This document shows positions 43,794-58,623 of a DNA stretch of 64,000 nucleotides, one piece after another (the stretch's first letter is position 1; every line of letters begins with the position of its first letter). The translations under genes were made by a program, and so were the position numbers. The stretch is from the NCBI GenBank assembly GCA_951406725.2, contig OX597824.1, positions 97,278,001-97,342,000 on the forward strand, written 5' to 3'. The notes beneath the pieces were generated by a model, which searched no databases, had not been told where the DNA came from, and worked only from the letters and a program-made list of their open reading frames with translations. This stretch comes from Octopus vulgaris (lineage: Eukaryota).

Positions 43794-44140
43794 TATTGTT
43801 GTATTTGGGGATGGTCATGTTGCCAGTTTAGCCAATAAAAACATACTCATTATATTTAGTGTTAATTTACTTCAGCTTAATTTTATATTAATCATATTTC
43901 GGCAATACTGATGATCAAACATACAAAGTGGCTGATCATTATTAAGGAAAGACGCACAAATAAGAAAGAAGAAAGCAAAGGACCACTGATGAGGTCACAG
44001 AAGTGTGACGAAAGAACTCTGGCTGAAATACGATTAATGTAAAAAATAAAATAAAGCTGAAGCAAATTAACACCAAATATACAGTGCATGTGTTTTTATT
44101 GACTAAACCGGAAACATGACATCCCCAAATACAACAATAT
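43794..44140. mobile_element. PLE LTR-like fragment with diverged inverted arms (about 43794-43903 / 44022-44140)
   Basis: atattgttgtatttggggatg...cttcagctt... versus ...aagctgaagcaaattaacac...catccccaaatacaacaatat; bounded by (TA)n. Confidence 0.65.
43983..44022 (+). ncRNA. Minimal type I hammerhead ribozyme candidate
   Basis: CCA-CTGATGA-gGTCACA(gaag)TGTGAC-GAAAG(aa)CTC^TGG. Stem II is 6 bp, stem III is 2 bp, stem I is 3 bp, and the triplet is CUC. Confidence 0.75.
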
Positions 44141-44264
44141 ATATATACATTCACATATACATGCAAACATGCACACATACATATATATATTCGTAGGGAG
44201 ACACACACACATATATGCATACATGCATACATATATACATACATACACACACACACACATACAA

Positions 44265-44305
<41 letters not shown>

Positions 44306-44550
44306 ATATTCTATAATTATATACATAATTATAATCAGGGATCAGCTAAGTGCCTCATCACGTACTGAATTAGAAATAGACGCTAATGTCTTTTCAACTA
44401 CCATAAAGATCTCCGAGACAGGCACTCAGCTGACCCCTGACTAAAATTATGTTGTATATAGATATAGAATATTTTGCATAATTCACCAAAAAAGGTTTTT
44501 CTAACGTACTGACTGCTTGGTAAAATTATTATTAATTAATTAATTAATTA

Positions 44551-44624
<74 letters not shown>

Positions 44625-46387
44625 ATAACATGAGAGAACAAAGCCAAAGCTGTGTGGAATTTTTAGGACTTTTATAAAGAGAAAGTAAGTCTTACAGCAT
44701 TTCTAGCAGAAATGGTAAGGCTATAAATTGGATTAGTTAATCCAGTTTATATCTGGACATGTCTGTTGAGCTTTCTAATGAATCTGTGGTGACCAGTGTC
44801 TATAATAAGATGAGCGAATTTCATTTTGAAGTTGCTGCTGAAGGCTTATGTGGATATTTGAACTTGGTTATAACGCATTTGCCGTGCAGATAGTAAGATT
44901 TGGAAGGATATTCAACAGAAGTGAATTATTAGTAGATGTTACTAATAATCTTACAAGGCGTGAGTGTATGAAAAGTTATAAAACAAAAAGATTAATTAAA
45001 ATATTTAATTGTAGGCAAGATTTGCACTATATTCAATTAAGTTTGGAGTAACGTCATGACTTCAATTCAGTAGAAAGTAGGTGCTTAAGATTGATTGTAA
45101 ATTATTGCTAATTAATATTTAAATCAGCTTTGATATAATGGGGCTAATTAAAGAATGTATGCATTTCTCGATTGTTGTCTTACCCACTGCTTGTGTTCCA
45201 ACCCCGTCCCTCATTTGCTAGTTATGATCACTTCCGTCTTTGCATCTTATTTTCCTCCACTGGGAGGGCTTATTCAAAGAAAAGTCTTATTTTCGCAGAA
45301 CCCCGAAGAGCCAAAAAGACGGGAATTCTCTCCACTGATCAATGATTTCCTACTTTATTTTAACTCATTAGTATTTTGTCGCTGTGAATCAAATATCTGT
45401 TTATAATGATTTACTTATTAATATAAAATTTATAGATCTGTATAGCTTTGTACTAAGTTGATTTATAGGTAATTATTTATTTGTAGCTTTTGTACGTATC
45501 ATCACAGTAACTAACTTCTATTTTATATATTATTATCTAATTCGTCAAAGTTAATTTACTATCAATTACTGTTCATATGATTGTGATTTGTAGTCTGGGA
45601 ACAAACACTTAATAAAGCTGTTTTAATATTTCAAAGCGACGTTAGACTATATTATCTAATGTTGATTAAAACCATTGGAAATAATGGCCTTATCTTAAGG
45701 TGTCGAGAAAACGCTGACATCTGACAGGCTGCTGAAGAAGGGAGTTAACGGGTTCTGTTATATATGGTTTTAACCTGACGTTAATATTCATCGTTTCCGT
45801 CTTGCTTATTTTTTTTACTTAGAAAAGTCGAAGATTTTGCTTTATTTCATTCCTTCGTAGAGCATTGTTATGGAATTATGAGGTCGTTATTGGAGTTTCA
45901 CGTGGCTTTAAACATTTTTTTATAGGAATAATAGGAATATACCATCATGCAAACACTTGTAGTTTGTGGTAGGAAAGCTAGTATGCGACTGATATAAGCA
46001 TACAGACGTGTATTTCGATGCGTGTGAAAGGGTGTATACAGACTTATAAACAAACTCTCATTCCTAGAACACACACGAAATGCATACAGACACACAGGTT
46101 TCCAAAGACGCATCTAAACATACGTATACGTCTGTGTGTGTTTAGAATGATTTATTTTATATTATATTCTCTCTGTTATAGCACAGCCACAACAAAAATA
46201 TGAGGCGCCATTGTACACGAGAAAAGGAATTTACTTCTAATTTGGAAGGAAAGAAAAAACTATAGGCAAAATATCGATAGCAATAAATCATATTATTCCA
46301 TATCATTTTAGATTAATATATCTCTACTGAGACTCATTTTATAGTATCTCGAATTATACATACATGCATGCATACATACCTATCTAT

Positions 46388-46441
<54 letters not shown>

Positions 46442-46619
46442 TATATGTCTCTACCTAAGCTCATGTTATAACGACTCGAATCACACATACATGCATGCAT
46501 ACATACATGCATACATACATACATACATACCTATCTATCTCGCATATATATACACACACACACATCTATATATAGATGCATATCTATCGCATCCTTATAT
46601 GTGTGCGTGTGTGTGTATG

Positions 46620-46651
<32 letters not shown>

Positions 46652-46661
46652 GGCACAAACA

Positions 46662-46693
<32 letters not shown>

Positions 46694-47230
46694 GACACAC
46701 ATATATTTATGGATGTATGGATACATTTATTCTTATACGCATTGATAGATAGAGGGACGACTATTTCCCTAACAGATTAAGAACCTTGAAATATTTTGAA
46801 ATACTAATAGTATTATAATTAACGTAAACTGCCACCACGCATTGTCCTGTCGTAATCTTAAGTTTGGCTCACGTTTACGTTTAACAAATATCTTGTTGTA
46901 ATTGTAGTTGTTTTCTTATCTTCCTTCTCCTCCTCCTCCTCCTCCTTCTGTTTCTTCTAAGCCTCTCTGGTTTCCTCCATCCCTGCAGTTAAATGCGTAG
47001 TCTTTTGCATTTAAGCAACTTACAATCTTCCTGACCAAACCTAATGCTTGTACTTCAACACCAAAATACGCTCTTCTTATCTTGCACTAAAACATTCTGC
47101 ACAACACAAGGAACCCACTGACTTTGAAACGACACAAGAGGCGTGCTTTTATCTATCTGACGATGCCAACACCTAGCCAAACCTTCATGCCTCTATTACT
47201 AAAATTATTTAAAATTTCTGATACTAAGCT

Positions 47231-47644
47231 GTGTGGCTGTGTGGTAAGTAGCTTGCTAACCAACCACATGGTTCCGGGTTCAGTCTCACTGCGTGGCATC
47301 TTGGGCAAGTGTCTTCTGCAAGTGTCTTCTGAAAACCAATGCCTTGTGAGTGGATTTGGTAGACGGAAATCGAAAGAAGCCTATCGTATATATGTATATA
47401 TGTATATATATATATATATGTATGTGTGTGTTTGTGTGCTTGTGTTTGTCCCCCTAGCATTGCTTGACAACCGATGCTGGAGTGTTTATGTCCCCGTTAC
47501 TTAGCGGTTCGGCAAAAGAGGCCGATAGAATAAGTACTGGGCTTACAAAAGAATAAGTCCCGGGGTCGATTTGCTCGATTAAAGGCGGTGCTCCGGCATG
47601 GCCACAGTCAAATGACTGAAACAAGTAAAAGAGTAAAAGAGTAA
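47231..47644 (+). mobile_element. Family-B SINE, near full-length
   Basis: Collinear with 43038-43475; contains an internal duplication of caagtgtcttctg. Confidence 0.9.
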
Positions 47645-47749
47645 ACTGGGCATAACATGTTGCTTTCATTTCTCTTCATAGATTTTATACATAAAGATAT
47701 ATCTTTTTCCTACACATTGACATGTAAACATACGTATGCAGACACACGC

Positions 47750-47805
<56 letters not shown>

Positions 47806-48276
47806 GCTGTGTATTAAGAAGTCTGCTTCACAACCTTGTAGTTTCGTGTCCAGTCCAAGTGCGTGGTTCTTTTGTCAGGTGCCTTCTACAATAGCCATGC
47901 GTAGACTAAACCTTTCTTTAGTGCGGCACAAATGTGCGTGTGTGTGTACCTCCTACCACCCCTTGATAACTGGTGTTAGCTTCTTTACGTTTCCATAACC
48001 AAGCAGTGCGACAAAAGCGACCGACATAATAAGTTGCAGGCTGAAAAACAAAGGAGTGGGTTTGATGTTATCAACTCAGCTGCTTAAGACGGTGCCCCAG
48101 CATGGCCGCTGTCCACTGACTGAAACAAAAGAGGATGTATATTCAGATATATATATACACACATAAACATATATATACATATATATATACACATATAAAT
48201 ACAAACATATATATATATATATAAATATGCAGATCTATGTATATGTTTATGTATAGTATGTATATATATATAACTA

Positions 48277-48322
<46 letters not shown>

Positions 48323-49066
48323 CTATATAAATATATACATATACATGCATACATATATGAGTATATATATATATTCATATATATATATATCTTTATAATA
48401 CAGACATATATATATGTATATTTCTTTATACATACATACATACATACATACACCACACGAATGTAAATACGTTGGGGTGTAAGTATATTCTTGTCTAGAT
48501 GCGATCTCTTTATGACACATATTGCGTGCATCGGCGTAGTTATAACTTCAGATATTCAGACAGGGACATTTATCAGAGAAGCACTCATCTATCATGTCTC
48601 TTTCTAATCGCTCTCTCCCCTCGCGCCTTTCCTCCTCACCTTTCTCCTTTTCTTTGTGTCTCCCATTAAAAACGTATGACAATTATGATTCCATCAATGG
48701 TCTTACCATCAGAGTAAATTTCTGTTGCCTGCTAGAATTGATTTGAAGTGTAAGCAACTTTCCACCGAGTCACGCCGCTCTGAATCCGGCAAAAAATAAA
48801 ATAACACGTTGCAATATAACAGTACATGAATCTAAGAACAAATAAAAGGATGCTCAAAGCCAGGTTGCACTCGATTCTATTGTTCTTGGTTTACCTGGGG
48901 CTAAATAGATTGGTATATTTTCAATATCCTTTTTTGGTAAATCGAAAATTTCAATGCTGGTTTGATTCCTAAATTAAATTTAGATGTCAGAAATTTTAAA
49001 ATTTCATTTTATAAGCATTGGTGTGCGTGTGTTTATATACCTGCACACAAAAACCTACATACATTC

Positions 49067-49119
<53 letters not shown>

Positions 49120-49124
49120 ATATG

Positions 49125-49164
<40 letters not shown>

Positions 49165-49454
49165 CATACATGTGTACATATATATATTTATTATACATGT
49201 ATATATATGTAATACGCACACACATATATATATATGTATATATAAAACCTACATTGTGTCCGTTAGAGCAAGACTTATACATGTCAAAAAGAAAACATAT
49301 CCATTACTTAAGACAACTGAATTTTATATTCTATGATAAATTTCTGTTCTTTCAAAATTCTCTAAACCAGCAAACTAATAAAGCATACATACATGCAAAC
49401 ACACACACACAAATATACGTACATACAGACGCACGCACGCACGCACGAACGCAC

Positions 49455-49493
<39 letters not shown>

Positions 49494-49599
49494 TATAATA
49501 TGTTTAGACAGATAGATAGATAGATAAAGAAACACAGATAACTATATATACAGAACGAAATGAAGTAGTTTACATACGTGTGTGTTTATGTATATATAC

Positions 49600-49630
<31 letters not shown>

Positions 49631-49677
49631 GTCCGTCCGTCCGTCCGTCCATCCGTCCGTCCGTCTGTCTGTCTGCC

Positions 49678-49713
<36 letters not shown>

Positions 49714-49731
49714 AACCTTTCTATCTGTCTG

Positions 49732-49808
<77 letters not shown>
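49600..49808. repeat. Compound (TATC)n/(TCCG)n/(TCTG)n microsatellite
   Basis: Direct inspection. Confidence 0.92.
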
Positions 49809-49809
<1 letters not shown>

Positions 49810-49950
49810 GACACACGTATGTGTACGCCTATGTGTATGTGTGTGTGTGTAAGTCTGTATATGTGCGTGTGTGGAAGATGGCGGTTTATTCCCCCGCCCC
49901 CCCATATTTTATTGACCAAAATGACTGATCGCCCAAATATTGCGAACCGC

Positions 49951-49994
<44 letters not shown>

Positions 49995-50492
49995 TCGTTG
50001 TGTGACGAACAAATAAACGAAGCCTCATACTTGTTTTTTATATCCTTAAGCACTTCATTTAAAATGTTTTTATTTCATTCTATGTTGTTATTGTTTTTTT
50101 TCTGTTTAGTGTTTCTAAATATCAAGTATTGATAAAACATTTTAAAAAATATATATCGTTATTGATAAAACGTATCAGTCCTCTAAGTCACAACACAATA
50201 ACAACAAAACAATAAATAAAAAAGGTAAAACAATAGATATTGAATAATAAAACAACGAACAAATATCAATAAGACAGAAAAATATATATAAAAAACATGA
50301 TAATGGTTAAGATATTGTAATTGACAAAATATTTCCGTGACTGTTTGTATTTCAATGGAGAAATACATTATATTGAGGCTATGTAAAATATATTTAAGTG
50401 ACACAGTGTACAAGATAATTTATCTTAACGTTCATGAAATAATGTACACATAAAGACAGCAATATTTATTGTAGAGGCATTCATAGCATATA

Positions 50493-50564
<72 letters not shown>

Positions 50565-50736
50565 CACAAATATATATATATATATATGTATGTATATGTA
50601 TGTATATATGTATATATGTATGTATATATATATATGTATATATATGTATATATTATTATATTATATGTATATATGTACATACGTGTGTGTGTGTGTGTGT
50701 ATTTATGTATATATTTGTATACATGTTTATTTATGT

Positions 50737-50767
<31 letters not shown>

Positions 50768-50901
50768 TATATATTTATGTATATATATATATATATATAT
50801 ATGTATTGATAAAACGGTAAGATAACAAAAGAAAGAAAGAGACCTCAATATTATGTAAATAGAAATTTATCTATACAATATGTTACATTACTCGGTAGTC
50901 A

Positions 50902-50964
50902 AGATAAAACTCTGAGTTTCAGATGCCGAAGTGGAAATCCACAACACCATCTCTTCGGTTATCT
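50902..50964 (-). ncRNA. Inverted identical copy of the 51864 hammerhead
   Basis: Exact reverse complement of 51864-51926. Confidence 0.7.
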
Positions 50965-51334
50965 GGCTATTTGAAAACGTTATGAAAAAATACCGTTAAA
51001 AATGAAGGGAAATTACTCTGTTATAACTCTGCTTTGCCTGCGTACTTATACATCACTCGCATTTTTCGTCATAAAAATTATATAAAAATACATAAAAATA
51101 TATAAAAATATATAAAAATATATAAAATCTTCTTGGGACATAACACAGAAAGCATGTTCTATCCGTTTTCTTTAGGGGACCAAAAACGTAACAGAAATTT
51201 AGTCACATGTGGGCATGATCCGAAAAGCTCTGTCCTTGTATTTAGACATGTGGTAGGGTCTAAGCTGCTTTTCCAGATAAGCCATCTCTCCATGTCGCAT
51301 AAACCGCACCTTCCGCTGCCGTTAGTATAGGGCT

Positions 51335-51679
51335 AAATACGTGGGCCTGACAGAGGGTAATTTCAAGGCCAGGTTCAATAACCACACTTTGAGCTTTAGG
51401 CACTGGAACAAAAGAAAAGCGACACAATTATCCAATCATATTTGGTCTTTAAGAGATAAAGGTGTCGATTATAACATACAATGGAAGATTTTGGCCAGAT
51501 GTAAGCCCTATACTAACGGCAGCGAAAGGTGCGGTTTATGCGACATGGAGAGATGGCTTATCTGGAAAAGCAGCTTAGACCCTACCACATGTCTAAATAC
51601 AAGGACAGAGCTTTTCGGATCATGCCCACATGTGACTAAATTTCTGTTACGTTTTTGGTCCCCTAAAGAAAACGGATAG
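51335..51679 (+). pseudogene. C-terminal GIY-YIG endonuclease of a Penelope-like element (5'-truncated, frame intact)
   Basis: KYVGLTEGNFKARFNNHTLSF...TQLSNHIW...WKIL...RCGLCDMERWLI...LNTRTELFGSCPH contains the YIG-type motif (YVG), catalytic R, H, E and LN residues, and the CxxC...CxH typical of PLE endonucleases. Confidence 0.88.
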
Positions 51680-51863
51680 AACATGCTTTCTGTGTTATGT
51701 CCCAAGAAGATTTTATATATTTTTATATATTTTTATGTATTTTTATATAATTTTTATGACGAAAAATGCGAGTGATGTATAAGTACGCAGGCAAAGCAGA
51801 GTTATAACAGAGTAATTTCCCTTCATTTTTAACGGTATTTTTTCATAACGTTTTCAAATAGCC

Positions 51864-51926
51864 AGATAACCGAAGAGATGGTGTTGTGGATTTCCACTTC
51901 GGCATCTGAAACTCAGAGTTTTATCT
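51864..51926 (+). ncRNA. Type I hammerhead variant (CCGAAGA core) in the PLE 3' LTR
   Basis: AGATAA-CCGAAGA-GATG(gtgttGTGGatttCCACttcgg)CATCt-GAAACTC(a)GAGTT^TTATCT. Stem I is 6 bp, stem III is near-palindromic, and the triplet is GUU. Confidence 0.7.
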
Positions 51927-53201
51927 TGACTACCGAGTAATGTAACATATTGTATAGATATATATATATGTATATATATTATATATATGTTTATGTATAT
52001 TTATGTATATATATGCATATATTTATGTATATATATGCATATATATATAAGTATATATGTATGTGTGTATATATATATGTATATATGTATGTGCATATAT
52101 ATATATATATGTATATGTATATATGTATGTGTGTATATATATATATGTATGTATATATGTGTGTGTGTATTCACGTATGCATTTATATATGTGTATATAT
52201 ATATGTGTGTGTGTGTACATTTATGCATGCATTTATATATATATATGTACATATATATATATGTGTGTGTGTGTGTGTGATTGAGTTAACTTTATTCTAA
52301 TATTTGACAAATTTAAGAATGGCGCTGAATACAAGCCCTTCGTTTTAGAAGTCGGAATTAAATGGAGGCATTCTTGGTAATAACTAAACCAGATAGAAAT
52401 GGTAACCAACTCTCCTCCAATTTACCCTCTTCTGCATTTAACATACTAGTACATACTAGAAAACTGCATATAGTAATTGGGGAGATTGTCGCAATTGCAA
52501 TACCTTTAATATACTCGATTGCAACAAGCCACACAATTTTATGGTTATCAACCAATGAAATATTCAAATACATTACGGTTACAAACATTTGTCGAGTATT
52601 AATGATATTAGAGAGGTGCGTTAAATAAAGGATACGACTTCGATAGAATCTTCTATGTTTTAAGTTCCGATTCCACCTGGATATTCGAACTTTCGTTTCC
52701 ATCCATATCGTCTCAACATTCGTCATTTGTGAATTTCGAGTTTCTACTTTCATATTTCTATTTGTTATTGTTGGTTTTTTCCTCTTTCGAATTTTGATTT
52801 CGATCATTAGATCTCTTATTCAGTTATTGAAACTGTATTTTTGATAACATTATCCGATGTCCTTTTTAAAAAAAAATTGGGTGTGATTGATGAGAAATTT
52901 GGCCGCTCGTGGTAGCAGATTAAATCGTGATGTAGATAATCCCTTACAGATATCTTAACAAGTACCATGCTTGTGCCAAGGAGCGTAAAATATTGAGCTG
53001 AGGATAGCTGGGTAACAGACTTTCCACATCAATCTCATGATAAGGCACCACAAAATATGCAAAGCAGGAAAGGTTTTTATCATGAAGTAGCAGAAAATGA
53101 AATGTTTGTTCTTAAACTACACACATACACATGCGCGCGTATACATATATATATATACACATACGTATATATATATATATATACACATACGTATGTATAT
53201 A

Positions 53202-53322
<121 letters not shown>

Positions 53323-53407
53323 CACACATATATATATATATAGATAGATAGAGAGAAATAGAAAGCTATATACTTTACACGAATGTACATTAGTGTGTTT
53401 GGGTCTG

Positions 53408-53460
<53 letters not shown>

Positions 53461-54066
53461 AATATGTATGCTATATATACATAAATTGTTTCGTTATTAG
53501 CTTTTCTTATCATCATCATCGTTTCTTTATAAACAAAACAGACTCAAATTTCTGGAGAAAGAGTAATGAGGTTATTCGACGCTCTGAGACTTTTCAAAGA
53601 GCATTAATGCCTAAGTGGATGTAAATGTATTCACCTGCCAATTATCTACGTCAATGACCACCCGAAACCGTAACAGGAATCTTAGATTCCTTTAGATTAA
53701 TTACTCGGACAAAATTGTGAACAATTCGAAAATTATAAAAATCTCATCAGCATAATTATATTTTATTGTTTTGTTTCAAATAACTTACAATGGACCAATA
53801 TAAAAGTTTATGCATAAAATCAGATTATCTTTGAAATGTCATTATATTCCTTACAGGAAATCTTTACTTACAGCTGGATTCTAGTAGTTCAGACATTACT
53901 GGAATGGCGTCTGAAGGGAAAATTGTAACAAAATGAAGGAATAAGTTGGCTAGGAATTAAAATAATGGATTTATTTTAAAAATATAATACTATAGGGACA
54001 ATATAACAGCGATGGAGTCAAGTTTTGGGACAAAGGCAGCCATTTTAAAGGAATACGTTTGCCGAG

Positions 54067-55045
54067 ATGGCAGAATCGTTAGCACGCCGGGCGAAGAGCA
54101 TAGCGGTATTTCATCTGCCGCTACGTTGTGAGTTCAAATTCTGCCGAGGTCGACTTTGCCTTTCATGCTTTCGGGGTCGATTAAATAAGTACCAGTTACG
54201 CACTAGGGTCGATGTAATCGACTTAATCCGTTTGTCTTGTCCTTGTTTGTCCCCTCTGTGTTTAGCCCCTTGTGGGTAGTAAAGAAATAGGTATATTGTC
54301 TGCCGCTACGGTCTGAGATCAAATTCCGCCGAGGTCGACTTTTCCAGTCATCCTTTCGGGGTCGATAAATTAAGTACCAGTTGCGTACTGGAGTCGATCT
54401 AGTCGACTGGCCCTCTCTCCAAAAATTTCAGGTCTTGTGCCTGGAATAGAAAAAGATTACATAGATCTTTAGAACTCAACTGGCTCTAACTTCCGCAACC
54501 CGGAAAGGATGACAGGCATTGTCGACCTCGGCGAAATTTGAACTCTGACTGAAGAGAGTCAAAAGAGAACGTCGCTAATCATTTAGTTCGACGCGCTAAA
54601 AATTTTGCGAGATCGCTAATTTGAAAAAAAATAGTGTAATACTAAATATTCTTTGGAATTATGGCACAGCACCAAGGGGACGGCAGTAGTCGATTCTGAA
54701 CTGGTATTTTTCTTACTGACACCGAATCATTGTAATGCAAAGTCGGCCTCAGCAGGATTTGAACTTAGATCCTAACTAGTTTGAAGACATATCGGCACGC
54801 ATATTGCCCGACGCGCTAACGACTCAGCCAGTTCACCGCCTTGAAATTGCAATATAACGGTTGCACATTTTGGTACAAGACCAGGACTTTCGGGAAAAGA
54901 GGTGATTTAATTTAATTTATCGATCCCGAAAGAATGAAAAGCAAAGTCGACCTCGGCGGGATTTGAATACAGAATGTAAAAACGGATGAAATGCCGCTAA
55001 GCATTTTACCCATCCTGTTATCGATTCTGCTGGTTCACCAATTTA
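54067..55045. mobile_element. Family-A SINE cluster: + copy 54067-54290 joined to the 3' part of another (54290-54460), then about three decayed minus copies
   Basis: Family-A motifs in both orientations. Confidence 0.8.
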
Positions 55046-58000
55046 ATAATAAATATAATATATTGATTCAAATAAATCATAAAGATTTATTGAAACAAAT
55101 ATATTCAAAAAAAAAAAAAAAACACACACACCTCAGTAATGTACAATATACGTTTGTAGCAGCCATAATGTGTAGCTCTGATGTTTAACATTAGCACGAG
55201 TTGTCTAAGTGAGAAACCCGTACATAATAGGTCAACATGCTAGAATGTGTAGTGAAATCTCCCTTATATTATACTTGATCACACCTGACCTGAGGTTAAA
55301 TAAGACCAACAACAAAAGCAATAGCAGAAGACCCTTTTGCCAGGTTATAACAAAAAGTTATTGAAATATTTAAAATGTTTACAGTTGGATAGACAGACAA
55401 ATATAACAAAATAATTTGACAAAAAATGTGAATTTTTAATTATTTTCTGAGATTTTACAAAAACAACAAAAATATTATTAAAAAAAATATTTTAAAATTT
55501 TCTTTTAAATTTTTGTTCTGTTCGGTGAATATGAAGTCGGTGATATTGTGGTAAGTGATGTATTTACCTCAATTCTGCTCTGATCAAGTAATCCTAATAT
55601 CCAAGTTGTTCCAGCTGGGGCCATCCCGTCTTTTTAGCAGTCTCTTATCTTAGACAACATGATCCCAATATGGTTTTCTTTAAAGAAAGAAGGCAGTTAA
55701 GCAACACGATATCTATTTCGCTGCTATTTCTAGCTGGTCGAACGAACACTTAGCTGTTACCTCATTGAACGATTAATTGGTCTAGCCTGTTGGTATTGTT
55801 GCTGTTGTTGTATTTAACCCAAGGTTGTCCCTTATTCTGAAGGAGCAGACTTTTGATCAAATACATGCGAGCCGTGACCATCCTTCCTTCTCTTTCGAAG
55901 TTTACATTTTATAGCCTATGTCTTTTATTATGTCCTTCCTTTATATAAATATGATAAAGTTTGCTTCAAGAGGGATTTACTTGTTATGTCTAGCATGACG
56001 AGTGACCATGCACTGATTCATTATTTCAATATAAATGAAACTTATGCAAAATTAAACGTAATTATAGAAATTTAATTTTTAAAAATATGATAATGATAAT
56101 TGATTCAATTTATAAATATAATTACTAATTATATTTATCCTCAGGTATTTAGATGCTAATTAAATAAAAACAGTAGGAATAAGACAGATACAGCATCTTG
56201 CCGGACAGTAGGAAGGTTGATTAGCAGAAGCGGAATGTTGCTAGACTATAGATAAGTAGATTCTGAGTTCAAATGACACCTAGTTCAAATTTGCCTTTCA
56301 TGCTTCCATTCGACATCTGCAATTAATTTAATTTAATCACTTGAACCGTCCATCCACTCCTACTAATTTGGTGAACTCGTCCCTATGCCAAATAGCGGAC
56401 ATGTCCTATGTTCGAAACCCCATTGACAAGCACCACATCCTTTTATTTCATTGCTGTCATTTCGCTCCGTGTCAATTCCAAACAAGCAGATCTAATTTCA
56501 AAGACATTCCAACCATGAATATCTCGTGTTATTTATTTAATATAGCCAGAATATAGCCTAGTATAGCCAGAATGACATTATCCCATGTATATACCCACTT
56601 TTTTTTTTTTTTAAATAAAAGAGTGGTTTAGGCACAGCTTCTCTACAAGAATTCATGCGTCTGCTTGGGTGATATATGCTGCCAAATGTTTGGTTACTGA
56701 TGGAAGAGAAGAGAGACGAATGATGACAGCTGGAGCATTTGTCATCGCAAGTCAACCGGTCAATGTCTGATGGGGTATGAATAGTTACAGATAGAACGCT
56801 TTTGGTTATTGTTCTGTTGAAATGTGGCCTGACCATGCACCAGAGTGGCCACATTTGGAACACCAGTGGTCACAAATCTACTGAATGGAGATCTCTGTCC
56901 AGAGACTAAACAGGAATAACTATACACAGTCGCAACAAACTCCAGACTCCGTCTAAAATCCTCTTTCGGGTACATTTTAAAGATAATGCGTCAGTTGTTT
57001 GTATTGTTGTTGTTATTGTGGTTAACTGCAAGTTAGACCTAATTAAGCAAAACACGTGACGAAAGCCGTTCCAACCGTGACCGAGGTTGTTTTTTTCATA
57101 TAACACATCAATATTTAATCTATCCTCCATTTATTTTTAAAGATTGTAGAATGTGATTTAAGGTAATTTGGCTGCTATTTCTTGCATACCAACACCTTAG
57201 AGTGCCTCTTGTTGACTTCTTTTGCTGATAATGTTGTTGTTATTGATGAATTGTTATTTGTTTGAGATTTGGTTGTTTCTAGCAAGTTGAGCGACCAAGC
57301 ACAGTCTCCTTTATTAGCTCAGAAGAAATGACAAATGGTATTTGAAGAATATTTCCATAAAACACCTTGTAATAATTCCTCCGTAATACAGACTCATTAA
57401 TCTTCTTCGCTAATTAATATGCACCAGAGATTTCATTTTTGCATATGAATGTGTATGAAGTCACCGAGGGGAAGTGTGAGGAAGTGAGAAAAGGGGTGTA
57501 AATATGATGGTTTACAGATGCTTTCTGCGACTAATCAGCTACACGTCCCTCGAGGGACATCATTTGTATATCAAGGCCGGAGAAGGCGAAGGAGAGAGGG
57601 ATGACCTATCTACAATTCTATAGACAACCACGAGCGAATAAGAAAATGTGTATGTGTGTGTGTGTGTGTGTAGATGCGTGTCTATATCCATCTGAATCTG
57701 TGGTTTGTATATAATACCGGTGTTAGTGTGTTTAGGAAGGCGTATTTTTACTTCTGCTTTATCATCAGCATTTGTGTGTGTGTGTCTCTGTGTGTGTGCG
57801 CGCGCATTTGAGTACGTAAATGAGGTTTGACTCGTGTGACACAGGGTCACGGCTAGAACCGATTTATTTCAGCTGTGACCATTTCTCTTCCTGCAATTAG
57901 ATAATCAGACGACTCGGCTTCTGCCTTTCATCCTTCCGATGTCGATAATTTAAAGAACCTGGTGGTCTGGGCGGTGGATTTGCAGAATTGCCAAAGTGTA

Positions 58001-58623
58001 TTTGTTCCGACATTCAATATTTTCACATCGGCCGTGACGACCCTAGCAACAAGCTTTAGCAACCTTTAAACTTTGCTAGGATAACAATCCTCATATGGAG
58101 CGGGAAAGCGATTGCTGCAAGGGCTGCTGATGGTTTCCCGTATTAAGAGATGGTCCAGGTCAGCTCAAAATGCAGATTGATAGTCAATCGTGATCGATGG
58201 AGACATTATACATATTTAATCGACACAGGGAATGTATTTAGCCTACTCGGTTCTTATGGAGTGTATCTGGAATAAATCCACTTGTGGACTCCATTGATTT
58301 CGCATCTCCAAAACAATAATAACGTTGAAAAGAGATCATTTGGAACTATCAACGCAGCTAAATGAATCACTCGTCAACTTTTTAGTGTTGTAGCTCCTGC
58401 TGCTTAAAGTGCACCCCCCACCCAAATGCCCAGGTCCCCACTATGAAATATATCCGATTTATTAATGGAAGTGATATATGATGTGTGTAAAATTTGACTG
58501 TTGTTTCTAACGTGCATACTGGCCACATAGAAACTCTCAGGAAACACTTCCAGGAATGATGTCAACCTTTTGAAGACTTATGTACAACTAGACGTACTGA
58601 GGCATTTCAGAGTTATCATGTTA

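Larger units (their letters stand above)
50810..51960. mobile_element. Young 5'-truncated Penelope-like element with inverted partial copy (arms 50868-51334 and 51504-51960) inserted in TA-rich microsatellite
   Basis: Arms of about 460 bp differ, by eye, by one substitution and one 10-bp tataaaaata unit, with a 169-bp spacer. Contains a GIY-YIG ORF and hammerheads. Confidence 0.9.

Noticed and set aside
52358-52807. 149-aa ORF
   Set aside because: No recognisable domain or splice signals; probably an AT-rich decayed repeat.
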